Shown here one piece after another: positions 54,875 to 64,000 of a stretch of DNA of 64,000 nucleotides (positions are counted from its first letter, which is position 1; each line of letters opens with the position of its first letter). The notes beneath the pieces were generated by a model. It had not been told where the DNA came from, searched no databases, and saw nothing but the letters and a program-made list of their open reading frames with translations. The translations under genes and the position numbers were made by a program. The DNA is taken from NCBI GenBank assembly GCA_963708025.1, contig CAVPSB010000014.1, positions 480,001 through 544,000 on the forward strand. Reading direction: 5' to 3'. The stretch is from an uncultured Candidatus Rokubacteria bacterium (GTDB lineage: Bacteria > Methylomirabilota > Methylomirabilia > Rokubacteriales > DASRDR01).

Positions 54875-55462
54875 GTGACCGCCCGCGACCCCGCCCGCGA
54901 GCTGGCCGGCTGGCTCGGCGTCGAGGCCACCGCCCGGCTCGTCCGCCGCTACCGCTACGCCGAGGAGCGGCTGATGCGGACCCTGGCCGGGTGGATCGCC
55001 CTGACGCCGGAGGTGCCCGCGAAGCTCCTGCTCGGTCGCCACGTCTGGGACTGCGCCCAGCACGCCGACCTGTGGGGCAAGCGGCTGCCCGAGCTGCGGG
55101 CTCCCGCCCAGGTCTCGGAGCCGCCGAGCGCCGACTTCGTCCGCTTCATGGATGCCCTGGAGAACCGGGAGGCGTGGGGTGAGACCCTGGAGCGCCTGAC
55201 CGGTGTCTATCGCGTGCTGAAGCCCCACCTGGCCGAGGCCTACGCCCGCCACCTGGAGCGGGCCAACCCCGTTTACGAGCCGCCGACCCGGCGGATCCTC
55301 GAGCGATGCCTCGCGGAGGAGCGCCAGCACATCACCGACGGGGAGCGGGTTCTGGCGGCCCTGGCCGACACGGACGCGCGCCGGCACCGGGTGGCGGCGT
55401 GGCAGGCCGAGCTAGGGCGCCTGCTGACCGCGGCCGGCGGCGTCACCGGGGACGTCGAGTGA
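54875..55462 (+). CDS. Ferritin-like-fold hypothetical protein
   Basis: Helical; AGWI..TPE...K..LGRH.WD.AQHAD and EERQH. Confidence 0.6.
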   Translation: MTARDPARELAGWLGVEATARLVRRYRYAEERLMRTLAGWIALTPEVPAKLLLGRHVWDCAQHADLWGKRLPELRAPAQVSEPPSADFVRFMDALENREAWGETLERLTGVYRVLKPHLAEAYARHLERANPVYEPPTRRILERCLAEERQHITDGERVLAALADTDARRHRVAAWQAELGRLLTAAGGVTGDVE

Positions 55463-55649
55463 CATCCATTCTGGATCAACCCCGTGAGCGCCGTGCCGAG
55501 CAGGCGGGGTGGCGGCTCCTCTCCCCTCCCCCCTCGGGGTGGGAGGGGTCGCCACGGGCCGAAGGCCGTCGAACGGTGCGGGGGGCCCCGCCACCGGAGG
55601 GGTGCGACGTCCCGAGGGGCTGCAGTCCCGAGGCGTCGCGGCGAGACGA

Positions 55650-55961
55650 ATGACTGAGCTGGAGGAGGCGGTCGAGGCGCATGCCCGCCGCGTCGTGGCG
55701 GGCGACGCGAACACCGGGGCCGATCTGGCGCCGAGCGCGGAGATCGAGCCCCCGGACCTCTTCGAGAGGCTCCTCGCCGGCGGCTTTCGCGACTTCGATC
55801 TGGTCGCCCACGCGCGGATCGGCGCCTATCACATCGTCAAGACCCGGTACCGCGGTCCGACGACGCTGGTCGTCCAGGAGCGGTGGGTACGCGGCGGCGA
55901 CGGACACTGGCGGGTTCACGAGGCCGTGCTCGTCCGGGTCGCCTCCGGGGACGCCGGGTAG
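55650..55961 (+). CDS. Small hypothetical protein
   Basis: ATG at 55650; the stop overlaps the next gene's start. Confidence 0.55.
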   Translation: MTELEEAVEAHARRVVAGDANTGADLAPSAEIEPPDLFERLLAGGFRDFDLVAHARIGAYHIVKTRYRGPTTLVVQERWVRGGDGHWRVHEAVLVRVASGDAG

Positions 55962-57346
55962 TGTTCCGGACGGTGCTGGTCGCCAACCGGGGTGAGATCG
56001 CGGTCCGGATCATCCGGGCCTGCCGGGCCCTCGGCGTTCGCGCGGTGGCCGTCTACTCGGACGCCGACGCCGGCGCGATCCACGTCCGGGCCGCGGACCA
56101 GGCCGTTCACCTGGGGCCGGCGCCGGCGGCTCAGAGCTACCTGGCCATCGAGCGGGTGCTGGACGCGGCACGGGCTTCCGGGGCCGAGGCCATCCATCCG
56201 GGGTACGGGTTTCTCTCCGAGAACTGGCGCTTCGCCGACGCCTGCCGGGCGGCCGGCCTGGTGTTCGTGGGCCCGCCAGCCGAGGTCATCCGGGCGATGG
56301 GGGAGAAGACGGAGGCGCGGCGGCGGATGGCCGCCGCCGGCGTGCCGGTCCTGCCCGGCTCGGACGGGCCGGTGGCGGACGTCGACGAGGCGAAGTCGGT
56401 GGCGGCGGCCGTGGGGTACCCCGTGATGCTCAAGGCCGCCGCGGGCGGCGGCGGCATCGGCATGGCCCTGGTGCCGGACGCGGGCCGGCTGGAGGCCGCC
56501 TTCGGGGCGGCGCGGCGCCGGGCCGAGTCGGCCTTCGGGAACGGCGCCGTCTACGTGGAGCGGGCCCTGGAGGCGCCCCGGCACGTCGAGGTCCAGGTCC
56601 TCGCCGACGAGCACGGGATGCTCGTCCACCTTCACGAGCGGGATTGCTCGATCCAGCGTCGGCACCAGAAGCTCGTCGAGGAGAGTCCGGCCCCCGGCCT
56701 GCCCGATGGCTTGCGGGCGCGGCTCCACGACGCGGGGGTGCGGGCCGCCCGGGCGACGGACTACCGGAACGCGGGGACGGTGGAGTTCCTCGTCGAGGGC
56801 GATGCCTTCCACTTCCTGGAGATGAACACGCGACTCCAGGTCGAGCACCCGGTCACCGAGGAGGTGACCGGCCTCGACATCGTCCAGGCCCAGCTCCGGG
56901 TCGCGGCCGGGGAGTCGCTCGGCTGGCGTCAGGCCGACATCCGGCCCCACGGAGCGGCCATCGAGTGCCGGGTCTACGCCGAGGACCCGGAGCGCGGATT
57001 CCTCCCGTCGCCGGGGACGATCACGGGGCTCGAGCTGCCCGCCGGACCGGGCATCCGCTGGGAGTGTGGCGTCGAGGCCGGCAGCGTGGTCTCCGTCCAC
57101 TACGACCCGTTGCTCGCCAAGGTCATCGCCGCTGGCGCCGATCGTGCCCAGGCGATCGAGCGGCTGCGGGCGGCGCTGGCCGGCTGCCGGATCGAGGGGG
57201 TCCGGACGACGGTGCCAGTCCACCAGCGGATCCTGGCCAGCGAGGGATTCCGGAGCGGAGCCGTTCACACGCGGTTTCTGGAGAGATCCTTGATGGGTCG
57301 AGCCGAGGGGGCCAGCCTCCCGGCCGGGAGCGAAAGGGGGCGCTGA
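55961..57346 (+). CDS. Biotin carboxylase subunit of an acyl-CoA carboxylase
   Basis: ANRGEIA, HPGYGFLSEN, ERDCSIQRRHQK, EMNTRLQVEH. Confidence 0.95.
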   Translation: MFRTVLVANRGEIAVRIIRACRALGVRAVAVYSDADAGAIHVRAADQAVHLGPAPAAQSYLAIERVLDAARASGAEAIHPGYGFLSENWRFADACRAAGLVFVGPPAEVIRAMGEKTEARRRMAAAGVPVLPGSDGPVADVDEAKSVAAAVGYPVMLKAAAGGGGIGMALVPDAGRLEAAFGAARRRAESAFGNGAVYVERALEAPRHVEVQVLADEHGMLVHLHERDCSIQRRHQKLVEESPAPGLPDGLRARLHDAGVRAARATDYRNAGTVEFLVEGDAFHFLEMNTRLQVEHPVTEEVTGLDIVQAQLRVAAGESLGWRQADIRPHGAAIECRVYAEDPERGFLPSPGTITGLELPAGPGIRWECGVEAGSVVSVHYDPLLAKVIAAGADRAQAIERLRAALAGCRIEGVRTTVPVHQRILASEGFRSGAVHTRFLERSLMGRAEGASLPAGSERGR

Positions 57347-57350
57347 GTCG

Positions 57351-57566
57351 ATGCCGGAGGAAGTGCGAGCGCACATCACGGGGGTGGTCTTCCAGGTCGT
57401 AGCGTCGGCCGGCACCAGGGTGGGGGCAGGGGACCCGATCCTGATCCTCGAGTCGATGAAGATGGAGATCCCGGTCGAGGCGCCCCGTGCCGGGGTGGTG
57501 CAGGCGATCCGGGTCGCCGAGGGCCAGACGGTGCAGGAAGGGGACGTCGTCGCGCTCCTCGACTGA
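57351..57566 (+). CDS. Biotin carboxyl carrier protein
   Basis: ESMKME biotinylation motif. Confidence 0.92.
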   Translation: MPEEVRAHITGVVFQVVASAGTRVGAGDPILILESMKMEIPVEAPRAGVVQAIRVAEGQTVQEGDVVALLD

Positions 57567-58178
57567 GAGCGTGTGAAGAACTGGGTTCTCCGACTCCCCC
57601 TCCCCCCGGTGGCCGCCGGAGGGCGGGACGTCGCGAGGGCCGCAGGCCCGAGCCGTCCCGGCGATCCGGTCAAACGGAGGGGGGTTGGGGGGGCGGGAGG
57701 TCCGGAACCGAGGGCAGGTGCGGCGGGCAGCTCTTCCGACTCCCCCCTCCCCCCGGTGGCCGCCGGAGGGCGAGACGTCGCGAGGGCCGCAGGCCCGAGC
57801 CGTCCCGGCGATCCGGTCAAACGGAGGGGGGTTGGGGGCGGGAGGTCCGGAACCGAGGGCAGGTGCGGCGGGCAGCTCTTCCGACTCCCCCCTCCCCCCG
57901 GTGGCCGCGGAGGGCGAGACGTCGCGAGGGCCACAGGCCCGAGCCGTCCCGGCGATCCGGTCAAACGGAGGGGGTTGGGGCGGGAGGTCCGGAACCGAGG
58001 GCAGGTGCGGCGGGCAGCTCTTCCGACTCCCCCCTCCCCCCCGGTGGGTGGGGGAGGGGGGTTGGGGGGCGGGCGGAGGTCCGGAACCGAGGGCAGGTGC
58101 GGCGGGCAGCTCTTCCGACTCCCCCCTCCCCCGGTGGGTGGGGGAGGGGGGTTGGGGGGGCGGGCGGGAGGTCCCGAA
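57565..58178. repeat. Tandem array: three ~145-bp units and two short units
   Basis: CCGACTCCCCC starts at 57590, 57736, 57881, 58023 and 58115. Confidence 0.92.
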
Positions 58179-59731
58179 TGTCCATGCGGGAGCTGGTCGA
58201 GGAGCTGAACCGCCGCCGCGCGCGGGTGGCCGAGCTTGGCGGAGCCGCCGCCGTCGCCCGGCAGCACGAGGCGGGCAAGCTGACGGCTCGCGAGCGGCTA
58301 GCCCTCCTGTTCGATGCCGGCAGCGTCGTCGAGCTCGGCACCCACGCGACCCACCACGCCGACCATCCGTCCATGGCCGGCCGCGAGACGCCGGCCGACG
58401 GCGTGGTCACCGGGTTCGGCCGGATCGACGGCCGGCCGGCGTGCTTCATCGCTTACGACTTCACCGTGATGGCCGGCTCGATGGGGCGGACCGGAGAGAC
58501 GAAGTGCGCGCGGGTTCGCGAGATGGCCCTGACCCAGCGCGTCCCCCTCGTCTGGCTGATCGACTCGGCCGGGGCGCGCATCCAGGAAGCCGCCGGTGGC
58601 GGCTGGTTCGCCTCCTCGGGGTACCTGTTCCGCGACGAGGTCATCCTGTCGGGGGTGGTGCCGCTCGTGGCCGCCATGATGGGGCCGGGGGTCGCCGGGA
58701 CGGCCTACATCCCGGGGCTCGCCGACTTCGTCCCGATGGTCAAGGGGACGAGTCACATGGCGCTCGGCGGGCCGCCGCTGGTGAAGGCGGTCGTGGGGGA
58801 AGACGTGGACCCCGAGGAGCTGGGCGGCTCCCGCGTGCACACCGAGATCTCCGGGGTGGCCGACCTCGAGGTGGCGGACGACGCCGCCTGTCTCCAGGCC
58901 GTCAAGGACTACCTCTCCTACTTCCCGTCCTCGAACCTGGCGCCGCCGCCCGATCGGGTCACGGACGACCCGGCGGACCGCCGGGACGAGGCGCTCCTCG
59001 ACGTGGTGCCGGAGAGCCCGCGGCGGGCCTACGACATGCACGGGGTGATCGAGCGGATCGTGGACCACGGGCGCTTCTTCGAGCTGAAGCCGACCTGGGC
59101 GAGGAACCTGATCGTCGGGCTGGCCCGCCTGGGCGGCCACAGCGTGGGCCTGGTGGCCAGCCAGCCGCTCCACCTGGGCGGGGCCCTCGACGTCAACGCC
59201 GCGGACAAGGCGGCCCGGTTCATCATGCTCTGCGACGCGTTCAACGTCCCGCTGGTGTTCCTGCAGGACGTGCCCGGATTCATGGTCGGCTCGAAGGTCG
59301 AGCGGGAGGGAATCATCCGTCACGGGGCGAAGATGCTGTACGCGGTGGCGGAGGCGACCGTGCCGAAGCTCACCGTGGTGGTGCGAAAGGCCTATGGCGC
59401 AGGGTACTACGTGATGTGCGGCCGCGCCTACGAGCCGGACCTGATCGTCGCCTGGCCAACCGCGGAGATCTCGGTGATGGGGCCGGAGGGCGCGGTCAAC
59501 ATCATCTTCCGGAAGCAGATCGGGGGGGCGGCCGACCCCGAGGGGGAGCGCCGGCGGTTGATCGAGGAGTTCCGGCGGATGATCGGTCCCTACGTCTCCG
59601 CCGGCCACGCCCACATCGACGACGTCATCGATCCCCGGGAGACGCGCCCGACGCTCATCCGCGGGCTCGAGCTGGCGCGCGGCAAGCGGGTCGAGCGGCC
59701 CTGGAAGAAGCACGGCGTGATGCCGGTCTGA
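58178..59731 (+). CDS. Acyl-CoA carboxylase carboxyltransferase (beta) subunit
   Basis: GKLTARER, DSAGARIQE, DVPGFMVG, RKAYG, KKHG.MP. Confidence 0.93.
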   Translation: MSMRELVEELNRRRARVAELGGAAAVARQHEAGKLTARERLALLFDAGSVVELGTHATHHADHPSMAGRETPADGVVTGFGRIDGRPACFIAYDFTVMAGSMGRTGETKCARVREMALTQRVPLVWLIDSAGARIQEAAGGGWFASSGYLFRDEVILSGVVPLVAAMMGPGVAGTAYIPGLADFVPMVKGTSHMALGGPPLVKAVVGEDVDPEELGGSRVHTEISGVADLEVADDAACLQAVKDYLSYFPSSNLAPPPDRVTDDPADRRDEALLDVVPESPRRAYDMHGVIERIVDHGRFFELKPTWARNLIVGLARLGGHSVGLVASQPLHLGGALDVNAADKAARFIMLCDAFNVPLVFLQDVPGFMVGSKVEREGIIRHGAKMLYAVAEATVPKLTVVVRKAYGAGYYVMCGRAYEPDLIVAWPTAEISVMGPEGAVNIIFRKQIGGAADPEGERRRLIEEFRRMIGPYVSAGHAHIDDVIDPRETRPTLIRGLELARGKRVERPWKKHGVMPV

Positions 59732-59990
59732 GAACGTCAGGGCGGTTTCGGAAGACCTCCCCGATGCCCCCCTCGGAGGCCGCGGCGATGCCGCGGCTCG
59801 AGGTGGAACGCCAGGGCCGAGCGACTGAGCCGGTGGGTGCGAGAAGCGGATGGGCAACGGGCACGAGAGCCGCGGCACCTCTTCGCGGGCTCTGAGCCCG
59901 AGGTGCCGCGCCCCCTCGGTCGGAGCGAGAACGGCCGGCCCGCCGCGCGGCGAGCCGGCCGTTCGTGGCGCCGGGCCGGTGGCCTGGCGC

Positions 59991-61568
<1,578 letters not shown>

Positions 61569-62264
61569 CTTCCTCTACTCTCTCGTTGGTTCCCGGGTCT
61601 GCCCTCCATGAGACGGTCGGGGCGCGAGAAAAGTTTCCGCACCGTGTCATTTCGGATCCGCCCGTGACGGACCCGGAGCGGCGAGTCGCAACTGCCCGTG
61701 CGCGCAGGCCGAACCGATTCCCGGATCGGCCCGATGCGCCCGGGCCCCAGGACCCATCCACCGGGACTTGCAAAAGGCTGGCCTTGGTCGTCGGCGCCAC
61801 CCTCCCCGTGCTATGATCCGCAGCCGGGGCCCATGCGTGAGGAGATCGCCGCGGCTCGTTCGGAACCGCCGCTGGTTCGTGGATGCCGGAACCGCCTGTA
61901 TCGACAGGCATTTGACACCTAATCTGCCGCGACGTGCTCCGCTAGGTCATGGTCCAGGGCAACCGCTTCCGGATCGGGAGGGCCCGACCGGGGTCCCAGC
62001 CGAAACGCCCCCCTGTCGTAATCACGACAGGGGGCCCCTGGGTCACAGGGCGTACGTCCCCATGCACAGGGACGGCCCAGTCGACGAGCCGGGCGCGGCC
62101 GAGCGTGCCGGTCGCTTCGGGGGGATCCGCGCCTGGGTGCGTGAGCGGGCCGCCATGACGACGCCGGGTCGGCTGCGGCGCGCCCCGTCGGCGGGAGACG
62201 TCTGATCCGCGCGCCGCTGACGCGCCTCACGGCCGAGGAGGCCGTAGGCCTCCTCCGTCCGGGG

Positions 62265-63482
62265 ATGTACGTGCTCCTGCCGCCCGGCTGCGCCGAGCCG
62301 CCGACCCTCATCGAGGAGCTGGTCCGCCAGGCGTCGCGGCTCCGCCCCCTGACCCTCATGGGTGGGCTGCTCCTCGGGGACTATCCATTCTGTGCTCCGG
62401 AGCTGGGCGACGCCTTCCGCTGGGCGACGTTCCACATCATGCCCGGCCTCCGGGACGCCATGCGGCGCGGGCGGGTCGAGTTCCTGCCGATCCGGTACTT
62501 CGACACGCTGGCGGTGTTCGGGCCCGGCGGGCCCTGGGCGGCCGACGCGGTCCTCGTCCACACCGCCCCTCCCGACGATGCGGGGCGACTGTCGCTCGGC
62601 GTCTCGACCAGCTACCCGCTGGCCCTGGCCCGAACCGCCCCCCTCGTCATCGCCGAGGTCAACCGCCGGATGCCGCGCACGCTGGGAGACAGCGGACTGC
62701 CCGCGGACCGGGTGGCGGCCGCGGTCGAGACGGATCGGCCTCTGCGGCCGTACCCGTCGCCGCCGGTCGGTGAGGTCGAGCGTCGCATCGCCGCCCACGT
62801 GTCCGAGCTGATCCCCGATGGCGCCACCCTCCAGATCGGGATCGGCGCCGTGCCCGAGGCCGTCGTCGGCGTCCTCGGTGATCGGCGGGACCTCGGGGTG
62901 CACTCGCTGCTGGTGGACGCGATGCTGCCCCTCGTCACCCGGGGCAGCATCACCAACGCCCGGAAGAGCCGGAACCCGGGGCGAATGGACCTGGGCGAGA
63001 TCATGGGGACCGACCCGCTCTTCCGCTTCGTCCACGAGAACCCGGTGGTGAACATGGAGCCGTCTTCTCGGATCCACAACCCGCGGGTGGTTGCCACGCT
63101 CGAGCGTTTCGTGTCGATCAACTCGGCGATCGAGGTGGATCTGACCGGGCAGGTGAACGCCGAGTCCATGGGTGACCGGCAGGTGGCCGGGGTGGGCGGG
63201 CAGTTCGACTTCGTCGAGGGCGCCTACTGGGCGCCGGGGGGACGCTCGGTGATCGCCCTCCCGTCCACGGGACGGGAGGGAGCAGTCTCGCGTATCGTGA
63301 CCCGGCTCGGCAGCGGCGCCCGGGTGACGACACCCCGCCACCTGACCGACTGCGTGGTGACCGAGTTCGGCCGCGCCGAGCTCCGGGGCCGGAGTGTCGA
63401 GCAGCGGGCTCGCGCCCTCATCGGCCTCGCCCACCCGCGATTTCGAGAGCAGCTCGAGCGCGAGTGGCGGGCGATGAATTGA
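62265..63482 (+). CDS. Acetyl-CoA hydrolase/transferase family protein (4-hydroxybutyrate CoA-transferase-like); true start probably upstream
   Basis: IAEVN..MP, GATLQIGIG, EVDLTGQV, GVGGQ.DF, VVTEFG.A.L.G. Confidence 0.9.
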   Translation: MYVLLPPGCAEPPTLIEELVRQASRLRPLTLMGGLLLGDYPFCAPELGDAFRWATFHIMPGLRDAMRRGRVEFLPIRYFDTLAVFGPGGPWAADAVLVHTAPPDDAGRLSLGVSTSYPLALARTAPLVIAEVNRRMPRTLGDSGLPADRVAAAVETDRPLRPYPSPPVGEVERRIAAHVSELIPDGATLQIGIGAVPEAVVGVLGDRRDLGVHSLLVDAMLPLVTRGSITNARKSRNPGRMDLGEIMGTDPLFRFVHENPVVNMEPSSRIHNPRVVATLERFVSINSAIEVDLTGQVNAESMGDRQVAGVGGQFDFVEGAYWAPGGRSVIALPSTGREGAVSRIVTRLGSGARVTTPRHLTDCVVTEFGRAELRGRSVEQRARALIGLAHPRFREQLEREWRAMN

Positions 63483-64000
63483 GGGTCAGCGCGCCTGACG
63501 CTTCCGGATCTCGGCGAAGACCTCGTCGTTGGTCGGGAACCGAAACGTCTTGTCTTTCGAGTAAACGACCTCGCCATCGACCTCGACGTCGAAGATGCCG
63601 CTATGGCCACCCGTCAGGTCAGCCGTCACCCCGAACTCGTTCTTGATTGCGGCCTGCAAACTGGAGGCCTGGGGGGTATAGTCTCATTCCAGGCAATACG
63701 TGATCTGGATTCGCATCTCCTCTCACCTCCCTCCGGCAAGGAGCGTGACTCCGCGGTCATGATACCAGACTGGCACCGGGGTCCCGGTCCACCATTTCGA
63801 CGCCAGGACGGGGTTGAAGGATGCGGGTCGGTGGGGCACTACGGGCCAGCCAAAGCGCCGGTCGGGGCCCGCCGGTCGAAAAGGGGGGTGGGGTGGCGAC
63901 GCCAGGGGATCATCCGAGCTACCTCGAGATCCGGTGGGACGTCGAGAAATGGATGCTGTTGCGGCTCACGAACTTCGGGAGCCAGCTCTCCTTCGGTCCG

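Noticed and set aside
57565-58178. CRISPR array or protein-coding repeat (ORFs 57573..58208 and 57685..59895)
   Set aside because: The units are near-identical along their length with no unique spacers. Unit lengths vary in homopolymer tracts, and the translations are low-complexity.
63890-64000. Start of a CDS at the window edge
   Set aside because: An open frame (…DHPSYLEIRWDVEKWMLL…) exists but is too short to support a call.

Overview
GC-rich bacterial window. Gene content and intergenic repeat style suggest Candidatus Rokubacteria/Methylomirabilota, but this is inference only. Many single-base frameshifts look like long-read consensus errors. Layout: (1) host VWA and TPR genes (1-4.9 kb). 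(2) A ~25.6 kb tyrosine-integrase genomic island (5146-30760) bounded by an exact 76-bp direct repeat, with a decayed backbone and an envelope/lipid-handling cargo. (3) Host genes: isochorismatase, peptide-binding protein, a GalT-like protein, glutamate dehydrogenase, a complete isc operon, a second cysteine desulfurase/DsrEFH-like/CysE module, dinB, an ABC transporter-CoA ligase-diiron-acyl-CoA carboxylase cluster, an RpoD-like sigma factor and a CoA transferase. Main result: the 76-bp repeat is not a tRNA. It is the 5' end of an unannotated glutaredoxin gene with an in-frame UGA in a U-x-x-C motif followed by a SECIS-like hairpin. Identity between the two copies stops exactly at that hairpin. 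The integrase 3' end supplies a new RBS and an overlapping GTGA start that rebuilds the gene, and a relic of a related integrase abuts the other copy. This points to an integrase family that repeatedly targets the SECIS dyad of a selenoprotein gene.
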